Of a stretch of 64,000 bases of DNA, positions 1-14,289 are shown one piece after another (the first letter of the stretch is position 1; every line of letters starts with the position of its first letter). The notes under the pieces are model-generated. The model was not told the origin of the DNA and searched no databases. It was given only the letters and a program-made list of their open reading frames with translations. A program made the translations under genes and the position numbers. The stretch covers positions 77,556,436-77,620,435 of the forward strand of contig JASCQW010000162.1 of assembly GCA_030264375.1 (NCBI GenBank), given 5' to 3'. The DNA comes from Carcharhinus longimanus (taxonomy: Eukaryota).

Positions 1-419
1 CTCCCCCCCCCCGCCCCAAGGATGCTCTCACTCGCCTCCTCCTCCTCCGCCCCCTCCCCCCGTCCCAGAGGATGATCTGGATCAGAGAGCTGTTGCAGGC
101 TCTGAAGCCTCTTCAGAGGTTCCCCTGCAAAATCAAAATTGGCTTTGGATTTTTATTTAGCAGGTCACTAAAAGCGCGGATCTGGAACGGAACAGAAGAA
201 GGTAAAATGGGATTTGGTGGTAAAGTTGAGCATGTGGTTCATTAAATCGATTTAAATGCACGCTAATGCATTTAAATCGTTCTCCCGCTGCCCAAATTGG
301 GTATCGGTAAAGCTGCGATCTGCTTGGTTTCGGGTGCAGATCTCATTAAAAACCCGACGCCCAAATTTACCACAATTTCACGCCCAAAAACGGGCGCGAA
401 TTTTTGGTAAATCAGGCCC
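1..419. mobile_element. Right end of a Harbinger-family element (left end outside window)
   Basis: Ends ..GGTAAATCAGGCCC followed by TAA (Harbinger-type target); CpG-rich, so probably young. Confidence 0.5.
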
Positions 420-1297
420 TAAGTGTCAAATTCATGGGAAAACTGGAGTAATTCACTCTGCTGTTTTCAGTGGAAGTTCATAGTAGAATTTCCCACAGTC
501 TTTGCACTGCAGAGGCCACTGGCATGAACATCATTAGATTTCAGAGGGCAGGACCTATTCACACTAGAGAGGCTGAAATCAGTGGGCCTCTGTGCATGTG
601 CAGTGGGCCCGAAGTGTCATCCTCTCCTTTGATGGTCAGCTCGATAGCTGGCCAGCTCAGGACTCTTGCAGTGCTGCCCCCCATCCCCGCCACACACCCT
701 GAACACAGCACCTGTCCATTTTCGGGCCAGCATTCCCATCCCTGATCACATCCTAGGCCCTGCCCCCAGGCTGTGCCCCCAATAGGCCCCACCCCTTGGC
801 ACTGCCCAATGCCTGATGGGCAGTGCCAGAGTGCTCCTTGGGCATGGATACTTTGCCCCTTGGGCAGTGCCAGGGTGCATAGGCTGGCGCTAACAGGGTA
901 GGGTGCCCATGTCCAGGAGGCACCACCCCCTTGCCACCCAATTCTCTGGGGGGCCCCAATTGCTCCCCATCCCTTCACTACAGCAGGGTCAGGCTACTAG
1001 CTCCCGAAAAAGTGGGGAACTATTGCAAACCCCGCTGTAGTGAAACACTCCGGCGCGATGGGAGAATTCAGTCCACGGCCTGCTGACCGCATGTAAAAGA
1101 ATGTAAAAAACTATTTAAATGCTAGCCCTGCCTCCCAGATGATTTCCAGCACCATGCAGACACTGCTGGAAATCTGGGCCTGGGGAGACGCAAGCGTGGC
1201 GCAAACACTCATGGGAATCCTGCGCGTCAGCCGACATGCAGTTTTGCCAGCCCGCTGTGCTAAAAAATTAGCATAATGGGATGGGAGAATCGCCCCC
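420..1297. mobile_element. Non-autonomous Harbinger-type element (MITE-like)
   Basis: Right end GGGAGAATCGCCCCC resembles the TIRs at 31936 and 40804; internal sequence resembles 40560-40800 (reverse) and 43550-44300. Confidence 0.55.
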
Positions 1298-3505
1298 TCA
1301 ATCTGTGAAAAGTTTCTGGCAGTGAGAATTATTTTTGATTGATCCCTATTCATGGCACAAAAAATCTGTTTCCTGACAGTGGAATAAACTGGAATTTTGT
1401 TCTCCCAACTTTCAAGGTGGGTTAAAAGCTGATCAATCCTCCCGACGAACAGTGTCAGGAGCCTCATTAGCAAGCATTAGCACCTCATGTATGTTTATTG
1501 AGAGGCCACCTCGCCAGAATTAAGTTCCCCCTCCAAATTATGTTTCCTGCCAGCGAGAACTTAGAACATTCAGTTTTACGATGCATGTAAGTGGTTCGCA
1601 CCCGGCGAGCTTCACCTCACCCACAACTTTGAGGTTCGTAGATGCTGCTTTTTCCTTCTTGGGGACCCTGTGTAACTTCAGTCGCATTGAGTGCTGTTTG
1701 CAAATGCTGCATTGAGGCTGAACATGGGAGGCAGGGCAAAGCTGGAAGGAAGGACATTTTGAAGTGGAAGCATGGAACAAGGTTTGGATAGGGAAGACAG
1801 GCTTATGGGAGAAGGGTGGAGAGTGTGCCTAGGGACAAAGTGGGGACCAATGTCAGAGGAACGTGGTTGGGGAGGAGAATATCTGGGCAATGAGGGGGTG
1901 AAAGTGTCTGGTACATGGAGGGAATGGAGAGAGGTGTCTTAAGGTGGGGGCAATGGTGTCATCAGTGTGGTCCTGGTGATGGGAATTCAGGTACTAATGA
2001 TTGGAGGCAACAATCAATCACAATCAGAGGAGGACAAGGGATGTGGTAGGGTGCAGGCCCAAGGTGAGAGTCTGGTAGATGAAGGTCTCATCAGGTGCAT
2101 CACAGAGGATAAAACAGATAACCCTAATAACCAGAAGGGTAGGATCAGGGTGGGCACGGGGACAGTAACGTGTTTTGGATCTGAGGGGTGGAAAGGCATG
2201 TGGAGGCGGATCATACTAGGATCCAGTGTAATGGGGGAGGTTCAAGGATGACAAAGGAAAGAGGAATTGTGATATTAGGCGAGTCTAGGACAATGGGGAG
2301 AAGTTGGTAAATGATGGGGGGAGAGTAGAAGGTGGTGGAGCAAGTTTGAAAGGTGATGTGCACCATTTTGTCAAACTGGCCTTGACTGCACAGTTAGTAG
2401 TCAGTGAGATCCTTTGAGGTGGGAGAAGGGTCTTTTCGGGTAAGTGGAATTCAAAGTCAATACAAATGGCTGACTGAAGGCTTACCCTAATAATTATGAA
2501 GCAACTGGACGTCAAAGACGTTCACTTGTGTTCCCCATCCTGTGATGAATTCCGCATTGCAGCATTTTATTCCTGATTCATGGGTCTCATAACATTGAGA
2601 TCGCAGCAAAGTATGGAGCTACCGTTCAGTCTTGTTTGCCATTTGCCGCAGTCAGATGCAGGGAGGGAGCGAGATGGATACCCCTAAGGGCAGCCAATTC
2701 ACTATTCCAAACCTCCATCTTCCTGGCTAACAAGGGATCATGTATTAGTCTTCCTATGCTGTCAAGACAATCGTCTCTCTATCGAGTTTTGAGGGTGCAA
2801 GAGACCAGTAGAAAATTGTAAACTTGAAACTTCTTACCTATGGCTCTCAATGCCCTGCTTGAAGAACAATGTCTCCATGTACATTCATATGTGAATTGGA
2901 GGAACATCCATCTCTGATCCTTCAGCACTTCCTTTACCTGGAGGTGGGATGACATTTCTGGACGGAGGTCATGTGAAAGCATTTGGTTGTTCACTTTGAG
3001 ATAGAGTGCAACCTGTAAAGGACAAGTTTACTTAATGTGTCAGTTCAATTCACTCACACATCCACTGAGACATCAATGATTCAAGCTGCAGGCAACTCTA
3101 CTTTGGTAATGGCTGTCACCCAGATAATGAGGAGGGTCCATTGCAGGTTGGCATAGGATCTTTGACCTCATGAGGTAATAGCAGGGCAGACAAATTCCTG
3201 CCCACCCCATCATGAAATTTGCTAAGCATAATTCATGAGCCCAAAAGTGAAAGTGTGCACGTCCACTCCCTGTCGCTTAATGAAAAACATGCCGACTTTT
3301 CCTCCCGCCATCAGATTCAGTCTCCAGAATGGAAAATTCTGTTCTAGATTTCTAACATGCTGTAATTGCTCTTGTATATCATGATTCATTCAGATCCAGG
3401 TGCTTCCAAATGTTTTTGAGAAAAGATTGTGTAAATTCAGTCACATTGGTGTACAGCCTCTGCTTAAGACTGAGAAGTACCTAATGTTCTGGGCTAACTT
3501 CTAGA

Positions 3506-3960
3506 CAACGCTTTCAAATTCTTTCTCCTAGGACCCACTTTTGCTAGCTGGCCAACCTTCAGGACCCATGCCATGTTTATCTGCCTTTAATGTGACAGGT
3601 GAGCCTGCTTGGTCCTCACGATCTCACTCCAATTAGATTCACAGGATGAGAGGGCAATATGCATATCAGAGTTCAGCCAGTTCATTTGTGCTGTTTTCAT
3701 CTTTGTGAGGATGGGAAATCCAGCCATGTACATGTAGATCATCATGAACAGCAATAAAACAAGATGCTTGTTTTACTCCACATTGGATATTTCTGGAAGA
3801 TGCTAATCCAGAATGATGATAACCTCGTGGACTTCAGGTGTGTTTTTAATGTGCTATCACAGTTCAGGTGCAGCAGGTCAGTCTGCTCATTGGAGTCAGT
3901 TGTAACTTAATAGCTGACTTTGGGCTCTCAAATTCACAGAGATTTTTCATCCTTATCTTC
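3506..3960 (-). mobile_element. hAT (Charlie/Buster-type) DNA transposon 3' fragment
   Basis: Minus strand SSFWISIFQKYP..LLLFM..Y..AGFPILTKMKTAQ.N.LN.DMHIALSSCESNWSEIVRTKQAHLSH* (stop 3587-3589), typical of a hAT dimerisation-domain C-terminus; TIR-like sequence near 3506. Confidence 0.75.
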
Positions 3961-4138
3961 TCTTTCAAACTCTGAAATATCTCTTCTGGAAAGTGGCAAC
4001 AAATCTGGTGGTCAGATGCTGGAATCTGAAATGAAAACAGAAAATTCTCTCCCCATTGATGCTGTCAGACCTGCTGAGATTTTCCAGCATTTTCTGTTTT
4101 TCAATCATCCTTTCTTTGCAATTTTATGTTCAATTTGT

Positions 4139-5710
4139 GGGTGCGATCTTTCTGTCCAGCTGCGCTGATTGATTAGCATGGCAAGGCTGGAAAATAGGAG
4201 GGCAGTCAAAAAGTCAGATTTGTGCCTGGCGTCAAGTGGTTTGGTATTTTCCCAGCCACTTTTTCCTAGTGTGAACAGTTTGGGCACGAAGCCTATTAGC
4301 TTGTATTTAAATGAATTTCAATATCATTAGCAAGTTCATCACGGCTGTTTCCCCCCCTCCAGTAACTTTCCCACCTCTCCAAAGTGAGTTCATGCCAGCA
4401 CAAATCACAGACGTTCTATAAAAGTCTGGACCGAGCACAGCAGTAACAAAGGAGAACGAGGAGGTCACTACCACTGAGCACTGGAGGGACGGTTTCGCAG
4501 CCATTGCTGTGTTGATGACCGGTGTGGGAGACTTCAGTAGGTTCTGAGGTTTGGGGGGGATGGGTCTTGTGCCAGTCTGGGGGTCCTCAGCTCAGCGGTT
4601 GCTGCGGGCCTGGGATTCGTGTTGCGTGCATTCGCCCCGGCTGAAGTCCAACCCTCGAGGGGTTTTACATGAAGTTGACTACCAACGGGTGAATATCACT
4701 TTGGTCGCCCTGTTGTTTGTCTGAACAAAGAACAACCCAGCATGGGAAACAGGCCCTTCGGCCCAACCTGCTGAGCAGGCTGTGTGGCTGACTGTCGACA
4801 TTCCATCCCAGGCCCCATTAACAGTTAGTCAAGCAGTATGACGGGATATGTGTCTGGACAGCATGCCACTTACTTGAGAAATGTCACATGAATTGAAGAT
4901 TTTGCCAATACATGTTGCATGCTGACCTGGCTGTCACTAACTTTTTGTTCCTCAACCTCCCACACCAAAGGCACTGAGGAGATACAGTTCAGGGACTCCA
5001 CCTCCAGTTTTCTGCCACTCCTGGCAGTTAATGCCACTCCTTCAGAGACAGAAAGGGGAGATTGAACACCTGATAGCTGGAAGGGCTGGGGGTGTTGGGG
5101 GTGGCATTTGTTGGGGCTGTGCTTTGGCAGGCAGGGGTTGTGACAGAGGGGTTGGAGGAAGGTACTGGAGGGGGCCAGATGCTGGAAGGCATGAGGTGTG
5201 GGAAAGGGTCAACATTGCGGGCACAACTGACATGACTGATATCAGGACAGAATGGAGACTCATCCTTCCTGCCCAAAGGAGGTCGTTCATCTTTTTCCAG
5301 CACTGGTTGCCTTTCCTTTGTGCCAGTGCACAGGCACTGACAGCCACCACCATGACCATGACCACTGGGTTGTTGCCAGTCTTGAGGGAAGAATATTGCC
5401 TGCATCTCCTCCATAGTGTTTAGCAAGTGGCCCAGCTCTACCTCAGTGAACTGTGGGGAACTTCTTTTGGGTACCATCTTGCTGGCGTGACTGCCTGTGC
5501 GTCCATCGTTAGCACTTATATATAGCTCTCACTTGTTAATGTCATACAGCTGCAGCCACTTTGGACAAGTCACGTGCCAGGAGGTCCATTCCAACGAGAA
5601 TTGCCTGGCAGCTCTTCCATTGCACAAAGTGCTCTCTGAAATAAACGATGCAAATATCTCCGGTTTTCTCATTCGTTTGACACTTAGAATTGTTTGGAAA
5701 GATCGCGCCC
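4139..5710 (-). mobile_element. Internally deleted Harbinger element retaining a Myb/SANT gene fragment (ATG 5477)
   Basis: TIRs GGGTGCGATCTTTC / GAAAGATCGCGCCC (13/14); MVPKRSSPQFTEVELGHLL...QCWKKMNDLL is homologous to the 36615 gene. No clear TSD. Confidence 0.75.
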
Positions 5711-5855
5711 AAAGTTGGCAAGATAAGACAGAGTTAACATCCAACTTTCATCACGNNNNNNNNNNNNNNNNNNNNNNNNNNNNNNNNNNNNNNNNNNNNN
5801 NNNNNNNNNNNNNNNNNNNNNNNNNNNNNNNNNNNNNNNNNNNNNNNNNNNNNNN

Positions 5856-6560
5856 GACCTGACCGGGCTCATTCCCCAGTACTAGGTCCATTATAGCCCC
5901 CGCTCTAGTTGGACTGTCAACATATTGTTCCAAAGAACCTCCCTGTATGCATTTTATAAATTCCTCCCTGTCCAGACCCCCAGCCCTAAGCGATTTCCAG
6001 TCTATACAAGGGAAATTAAAGTCTCCCACTGCAATAACCCTATTTTTTCTGCACCTGTCCAGAATCTCCTTACACACCCGTTCCTCAGCTTCCCATGGGC
6101 TGTTGGGGCGGCCTGTAGTACACCCCAAGCATAGTGACTGCACCCTTCTTGTTTCTGAGCTCCACCCACAGTGACTCATTACATGCCCCCTCTAAATTGT
6201 CCACCCTTTGTACCACTGTAATATGCTCCCTCACCAGTATTGCTACTCCCCCACCTCTTCTCACCCCTCCCCTGTTTTGCCTAAAATACTTATACCCTGG
6301 AATATTCAGCTGCCAGTCCTGTCCTTCTTTTAACCAAGTCTCCATCACTGCAACCACATCCAAGTTCCACGCAAGCGTTAAGGTTCTAAGTTTGTCTGTC
6401 CTGCCCATTACACTCCTTGCATTGAAGCAGATGCACTCCAGACCTCCAGGCCCACTGAGCTTATCCTCCCCCAGAATGCTCTTCCTCTTAGATAGCCTTG
6501 TCCTGGCCCCAAGCTTGTCCCCAGCCTCTATGCTTATTGACCTATTGTTTTGATCCCCAC
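5856..6560 (-). mobile_element. CR1 LINE fragment (APE endonuclease region), adjacent to N-gap
   Basis: DVVAVMETWL..IPGYKYFRQNR..GGGVAILV..GVYYRPP; VGDFNFPCIDW; PTRAGAIMDLVL. Confidence 0.9.
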
Positions 6561-7644
6561 CCCCTTAAATTGCTAGTCCAAGTGACCAAAGTCTTGTTAT
6601 TCAAGTAAACAACTTCATCCCCTTCCACATGGACAGCATGCAAAGACTGTGCATCTTATTGAATGGCAGAAAGATCCAGCTGCTATTAATTATGGGCAAG
6701 ATTCTCTAATCTCATCCATAGCACCCCGCTGCAAGCGAGAATAGTGAATTTGGCATTCCAGCCAAAACTCCATTTACTTTCAGCCACCACACAGAGAACC
6801 CCAGCCATGAATGAGGATGGAGATTTTTGGCAGATATTTCTAGTTCTATATATTCCCTCACATGTTGGGAAACTAAATGTTCAACTCATTTTCAGCCATC
6901 AGCACAAGATAATGCAGGTCAATACTTGTTTCCCAAACAATGATGATATCAAAAAAACAGAAAATGCTGGAAAATGATGATCATAATGCCTTGATTATAA
7001 GGCATTTCTAATTCAACAAGTGTTTGATCCAAACAAGGAGGAATCAGGATGACTTCTAGGCTCTCTTAGCTATCTTGAGTAGCCTTGAATTGGTACACCA
7101 GCTGAGCACAGGCATAATGAGCTACGCTCATTTCTATCAGAGGATTCCAAGCACGCCATCATAGTTGAAGCACTGGTTTAGGTTCATGGAAAAACAATGA
7201 GATGTCCTGGAATTCAGTCCAAAAAGCTTTCAATGATTGCAGCCATCTGTTACACAAGATGCATAACCTCACTTCATAAAGAGAAGGAAGGTCTTAGTAT
7301 CAGCAAGCAGACCACCCAAAGGAGCAGCAGCAGCTTTAAGTGGCTTCACAAGTTGCAGCAAGAACCATTCATCAAACTTGCATACTTACTTCCTTCTCTT
7401 AGCTTGGAAATGTGTCCACTGCAGTAATAGCCCCAGTATCAATTGTGAGCAACCTATGGCCCACAGGCTGCATACAGACTATCAGGTTTCTGACTGCGGC
7501 CTGCAAGACATTTTGAGAGGATGGGTGCAGAGTTTGCAAGAATGAAAGAGGAGCCAGGAGATAAAAGGAAGTCAGAAAGAGCAAAACTAAGAGTGTCACC
7601 AGGAAAATAAAGTAACACTAGGAAGAGTGTGACTGACATGGCAA

Positions 7645-7930
7645 CACAGTGGCACTGCTGTCTCACAGTGCCAGGGACTCAGGTTCAATTCCCAGATTGA
7701 GTCACTATTTGTGTGGAGACTACACATTCTCCCTGTGTCTGCGTGGGTTTCCTCCAGCTGCTCCAGTTTCCTCCACAAAGTGAACGATGTGCTGGTTAGG
7801 TACATTGGTTGTGCTAAAATTTTCTCTCAGTGTACCGAATAGATGCTGGAGTATAGCGACTGGGGGATTTTCAGTGACTTCATTGCAGTGCTAATGTAAG
7901 CCAACTTGTGACACTAATAAATAAACTTTA
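7645..7930 (+). mobile_element. tRNA-derived SINE
   Basis: B-box-like ggttcaattccc and body tgtgtggag..cacattctccctgtgtctgcgtgggtttcctcc, shared with other copies. Confidence 0.75.
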
Positions 7931-8609
7931 AACTTCAAAAGCCTAGAGGATAAATAACATGAGAAAGAGTGAGACTCAGAGTGGAGCCAGACAATGTGTA
8001 TGGGAAAGAACGAGACTGAGAATGGAGTGATAGGTTGGCTTTCCTCATTTATCTTTAAAAACAATTTATTGATAACTGTAAAGTTTTCTTCGTAATAAAG
8101 TTTTAATAACAGTAGTATTAAAGCTTATCAAGAACAATAGATTTTATTATTTCAAATAAATAATAGTAAATTAAAATAAATTAAATATCTAAAACACCTA
8201 TCTATAATTAAGAAATGTATAACTTTTAATTGTAGCTGGTATTAGCTTTGATCAGCAGAATAAATTGTAATATCTGCAAGGTAAATGTAAATATTTCTTT
8301 TGGTTTTCCCATTTGAAGTTGATGATAGTTCCATTAATGTATGGAATACTTAGTGTTTTATGCAAATCATTATGAAATATTTGGTATGTATTAAATGTAT
8401 TTAATCTTAATGATGAGGTCATGGTTAGCACACATGTTGGATTTCAACATTGCAACTCACTGAGATAAAGGAGTAATGCGGCCCACTCACTAGTCCAGGT
8501 TGCCTACCATTGCTCTAGATCTCCATCAGAAGTGCCTTAAATCTTCAACTCCCAAAAATTACGTTCTGCCAGCTGAAGGACCATGCACATAAAGCTTATC
8601 CCTTTGCTA

Positions 8610-8915
8610 AGGGTGGCACAGTGGTTAGCACTACTGCCTCACAACGCCAGGGATCTGAGTTCAATTCTGGCCTTGGGTGACTGTCACATGTGGAGTTTGG
8701 ACATTCTCCTTGTATCTTTATGAGTTTCCTCCAGGAGCTCCTGTTTCCTCCCACACTCCAAAGATGTGCAGGTTAGGTTGATTGGCCACGCTAGATTACC
8801 CCTGAGTGTCAGGGGGATTAACAGGGTAAATATGTAGGGATAGAGCCCAGGTGGGATAGTTGTTGGTGCAGACTCCATGGACTGAATGGCCTCCTGCTCT
8901 GTAGGGATTCTATGA
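8610..8915 (+). mobile_element. tRNA-derived SINE with CR1-like tail
   Basis: A-box tggcacagtggttag, B-box gagttcaattc, conserved body, tail gggattctatg. Confidence 0.8.
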
Positions 8916-9284
8916 TATAGGACACTCTGCACATAAAAAAAACACTGCTTTAGTGTGAACAGATTTCTAATGACCATTAGTCTGCCAGCTCTGGTTAGAC
9001 ATGTTTCTGATGCTTTCATCACATGACTGACCACCTCCAACAGCCCTGAACAGTCAAACAACCATTTTACCCATTTCCAATGTTTCTATAATTAATGGAT
9101 GATAATGTTCAAAAAAAATTTAAAATGCACATTTTAAATACTCCTACTATTTTCTTCTGGATTGTAAGCAACCATGTCCAAGATATTAATCTCCACTTAT
9201 TGGAGACTTCAAAGCCATTTAGGAGGATTTTCAACAGCAATTTGAATTTATAATGTTGTGAATATCCCAAACCACATCACAGGA

Positions 9285-9915
9285 GCAATATCAAATAAAA
9301 TTTCACACTGAGCCATATAAGATATTAGAGCAGATGACCAAGAGTTTGGTCAAAAAGGTAGATTATAAGGAGTGTTTTCAAGGAGAAAAGTGAAAAGAAG
9401 CAGAAAGGTTTAGGGAGGGAATTTCAGAGCGTATGGCCTTGGCAGCTGAAGGCATGGCCACCAATAATTGAGTAATTAAAATTGAAGATGCCTTCAAGGC
9501 CAAATTCCAAGAGCGCAGATACCCCGGAGCGTTGTGGGGTGTAGGAGATTGCAGAGATAAGGTGGTGTGAAGTCATTGGAGGGATTTGAAAACCAAGTTG
9601 AGAATGTTAATATGTTGTTTGACCTGGAGACAGTGCAAGTCAAAGGGTATAGGGATTTGGTACAAGATGATGCACGTGAAGCAGTGTTGGATTATCTCAA
9701 GTTTACAGAGGATAGAAATTGGAAGAACAGCCAGAGTAAGTTTGAATAATCAGGTTGGGAGATAACAAAGGCAGAGGTGAAGTCTTCAGCAGCAGATGAG
9801 CTGAGGCAGAGGCAGATTTGGATGATCTTACAAGCATGCAAATATAGGTGTTTTTAATGGTGGCATGGATATGTGGTTGGAAACTAATCTTGGGATCAAA
9901 TACGAGACCACAGTC
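9285..9915 (-). mobile_element. Old L2/CR1-group LINE 3' fragment
   Basis: Minus strand LVFDPKISFQPHI..AETSPLP..; repeat-like 3' region. Confidence 0.5.
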
Positions 9916-10259
9916 CAAAGATGTGCGGATTAGGTTGATTAGCTGTGCTAAAATTGTCCCTTAGTGTACTAGGATGCTTAGGTTAGAGGGATTAGAGGGT
10001 AAAATATGTAGGGATATGGGGATAGGGCCTGGGTGGGATTGTGGTCAGTGCAGACTCGATGGGCCGAAGGGCCTCTTTCTGCACTGTAGGGATCTATGAT
10101 TCTATGATTATCCACACCTGATAAATTTAGACAATGAGCTAGAGATGAACATGCTTGATGAGAAATTTTGAGCTGGTCCTATGGAAGGTCCAGGTGCATG
10201 TACTATGAAGTAAGAGTGTGGCCTTATGTAAGTAACATGTTATATATGTAAGTAACATA

Positions 10260-10895
10260 AATAACATTTGTGACATACAAGTACCAGACAATGACCATTT
10301 CCAACAAGAGAGAATCAGTCATCTCCCTTTGACATTCAGTGGCATAACTATCACTGAATCCTCTATTCTCCACATCCTGTGCCGAGAATTCTACAACGGG
10401 CAACTCATCTACAAGGCAGAAGTCAGGAGTGTGATGGAATACTCTCCACTTGACTGTATGAGTGCAGTGTTAACAACACTCAAGAAGCTCAACACCATCC
10501 AAGACAAAGCAGGTCACTTGTTTGGTACCCCATCCACCACCTTCAATATTGGCTGTTTCCACCACCAATGTACAGTGGCAGCAGTGTGTATCATCTACAA
10601 GATGCACTGCAGCAACTGATCAAGGCTCAAATTTATGACCTCTACCACCTAGAAGGACAAGGGAAGCAAATCCTTAGGAACAGCACCACCTTCAAGTTCC
10701 CCTTCAATCCATAAGCCATTCTGACTAGGAACGAAAACTGTTTGTCACTGGGTCAAAATCTTGGAATTCACTCCCCAAAAGCACTGTGGTTGTGCCTACA
10801 ATGCATGGAAACAGTGATCCCAAAAGATGGCTCACCACCACCACTTTTTCTAGATCAGTTAGGGTTTGGCAATAAACATTGCCCATATCCCAATG
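10260..10895 (+). mobile_element. Old CR1-group LINE 3' fragment
   Basis: IYKAEVRSVMEYSPL..TTLKKLNTIQDKA; homologous to 29230-29720 and 58360-58830. Confidence 0.7.
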
Positions 10896-11254
10896 GACGT
10901 GGAATGAAAGAGGATTTGAATGAGGAAGAAATGAAAGAGGAAGATGCAATTAATACTTTGTATTCATGGTCTTTTTTTTCTGGAAAAATAATCCCATATA
11001 CTTCTCAGATAGAGATACATAAGGGAATGAATGATAGAAGGTAACCAAATCCCAAGTTGAACTAGAATTGATAAAAAAAAACAAAATTTATTTGTAAGAA
11101 AATATTAGCTGTCGCAGCCTGCCCAAACCATGATAGCTGGAGCATCATAACTAACATATGTTTCACACAAATCTCTACCCCAGCAGCCAAGTAATCGCCA
11201 GGGAGAGACAAAAATTAGAGAAAAACCAAGGACCAGTTTGAGTGAAAAAATAGT

Positions 11255-12195
11255 CTGGGTAGGATTAGTAAATCTGCAGTTGACACAAAGATTGGACAGG
11301 CTGTCGACAATGAGGCAGAGTGTCTTGGACTATAAGAAGACATAGACAGAATGGTCAAATGGGCAGATAAGTGGAATTTGGAATTTAATTCTGAAAAGTG
11401 TGAGGTGGTACACTTTGGAAGCAGTAATTTGACAAGAAAGTATTCAGGGAATGGCAGGACACTAGGAAGTTCTCTGGAACAAAGGAACCTTGGCGAGTTT
11501 GTCCACAGATCTCTAAAAGCAAAAGGGCATCTTTGTAGGGTGGTGAAAAAGGCAAATAGGACAGTTGCCTTTATCAATCGAGGCATAGATTACAAAAGCA
11601 GGGAAATCATGTTGGGTTTGTATAGAAGTTTGGTGAGGCCACAGCTGGAGTACCATGTGCAGTTCAGATTGCCACATTACCGGAAGGATGTGATTGCACT
11701 GGAGAGGGTGCAGTGGAGATTCACCAGGGTGCTACGTGGGGTGGAACAATTAAGTTATGAAGAGAAGTTGGATAGGCTTGGGTTGTCTTCGTTGGAGCAG
11801 AGAAGATTGAGGGGTGACCTGATTGAGGTATACAGGACTATAAGGGACATAGACAGAGTGAATAAGGAGCAACTATTCCCCTTAATTGAAAGATCAGTCA
11901 CGAGGGGACATAGGTTCAGAGTGAGGGGCAGGAGGCTTAGGGGGATGTGAGGAAAAACATTTTTACCGAGAGGATGGTGATGGTCTCGAATGTGCTGCCT
12001 GGGATGGTTTTAGAGATAGGTTGCCTCACATCCTTTAAGAAGTATCTGGATGAGCACTTGGCACACCATAACATTCAGGACCATGGGCCAATTGCTGGCA
12101 GATGGAATTAGGTGGGAATTCAAATATTTCTAATGTGACAGAGTAGACTTGATGGGCTGAAGGGCCTTTTCTGTGCTGTATGATTCTATGATTCT
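11255..12195 (+). mobile_element. CR1 LINE 3' fragment (RT C-terminus + 3' tail)
   Basis: WADKWNLEFNSEKCEVVHFG..LYRSLVRPQLEY..LERVQ.RFTR..RRLRGDLIEVY; ends in a (TATGATTC)n tail. Confidence 0.92.
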
Positions 12196-14289
12196 AAAAT
12201 CGGTCACTGACCCCCTCATGAGATAGCATGACCAAGTTTATCTGTACAGACATAATTCCTGTAAATGTTGCAATCTCTGCCCCAATCAAGAAAATCAAGC
12301 TCATTCATGAAGCTGTACAGACAGTCAGCACCCACAACAACAGTTGACAATGTATTCTTGAGGCTTTCTACTTTCTTTTGCCTAACATCCAATCTATTTT
12401 TTCTCTTACATAGCTTAACGATAGTAGAGGCAAAGAGTTTTAGAGTGGAACAAGATGAAGGCTTTGCCAATGAAAAGGTAAAGGGGGAGCCTCAGAGGAT
12501 AAAGGACAAGTAAAGGAGGCTGAAGGAGCTTGCTGAAATAGGGAGCAAGGCCACGGGGAACTTCAGATGAGGGGAAGCTTTTGAGTTGAGAGCATTGTAG
12601 GTCAGCTAGGACAAGGGATGAGCAGGACAGGATGCAAGAAGCTTTGCTTTTAATAAGTTGAAGCTTGTGAAAGATAGGAGACCAGCAAAGAGAACACTGA
12701 GTTTTTTCAGCTGAAAAGGGCAATTTATGAATCTGGAAGAAAGCAGCCTTGGTGATAGGTAGGATGCAAGTTTGAAAGCTCAGTTCAGGATCAAATGAGT
12801 CTAGTTCAACATGAACAAGTTTGAAAATACTAACTTTTGAAAGATGATCAGAGTTAAACTTAAAAAGTTAATTGAGAATTATCATTATCCAATCAGTCAG
12901 ATTCCAGGGCAACCAATATGGTGGGGTGTTGAGTTTTAATAAGAGTTTAAGGCAGGATATAACATTAGTAATAATATAGCAAAAATAGATGACTGTGACA
13001 AGTAGTGAGTAGCAGTCCAGATTGGGGAAAACAGCTTTTTGACTCTTCACTTCTCTTCTTGGTGTTCACGTCTTCTTGACTTCTGGAACCTCTTAAGAAT
13101 ATTTGACTGGAGTCTTCCTTCAGATTCCTTGTACACCATCTGCTATAACGAACCGTCACAAACTCTCTTACTTTATACCTTTTTTCACAATGTTTGGATA
13201 GATTATTGAAAACTCTTTTTGGTTCTCTAAAGATTTACTTTATTTCCAAATACTCTATTTAGCATCTTGGATTTCCTTGTCTAAACGTTTGAGTTAGGCA
13301 CCTTGCCTTTGATGTCAGTCTGCCCTCCATTCACCTCTTAGGCCTGTTCAGGGGGTTTTCTTCTCAGGGCTATGTATTGCTAAATTTAAGCCAGTACAGG
13401 GAATCATGAAACGTAATGTACTGATTTTAAGACGTAACTTTATTTAACCAAACAATCGAGTGGGAGAACGATATAAAGTAGCCCAGCACTCAAAGTATAT
13501 ACTCTGAAAAACAGTGCTCCCATGAAGGCAATTATGTATTTACCAAATTATATTGCCCATCTTTCCTGTGGGCATTATCCAATAAATATTGATACAAATC
13601 AGTCAATAATCATCCTGTCATTAACTCCAGCCAATAATAATATACATCTTGATCTCATGGGATTTCATTTGTTATTAGTNNNNNNNNNNTTACCTCCCTG
13701 TGTTGCCCAGCAAGACAGTGAGATGTGAGAATGATTCCCACCAAACTGAACTTGCGTGACACTCACGCAAACCTGAAAAATCCCTTATGTCTGCCTACCA
13801 CCTGCGTTATCAGCTCGGAGCTGTATAGCTCTATTCATCAAACTGGCATCAGTAGCCATCTTGTTCCCAACAACTGCTGATAATGTAGCCTGCATTCAGT
13901 AGAACTCTGGAATGCAGGCTATCTCCTGCCTCATCTATCAAGCCCTGCTGTGTTTTGCCGCTGGTTGAAGCTTTCACAAAATGTCACTAATAGCAAACTG
14001 CATTCATTTTATTAATTCAAATACATGTTTTAAATGAGAAATACTCATTATCTATATAGAGCCGTCTTCTATAGCAACAGCCCTTGTCAACACTCTCCAT
14101 TGCCTAATATCATTCACTCTTAAGTCAATATTGTGTTAGTGTTCTTAAACCCATGGTTATGTGTTTTTATTAGCCTAATTAGGCCCCCTACATCAGGCCT
14201 TTTGCATGCATTATTGTCAACTTCTTACCCCATCTATCCCTTATCAAATCTTAAGCTATCTTTACCAGATTAGTTACATTCTCCCATAA

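Noticed and set aside
1400-3345. Possible further Harbinger relic with purine-rich interior
   Set aside because: Only a weak TIR-like end near 3330-3345 and no convincing protein motif.
7645-8915. tRNA genes suggested by A/B-box motifs
   Set aside because: These are SINE heads with SINE bodies and tails; no complete cloverleaf.
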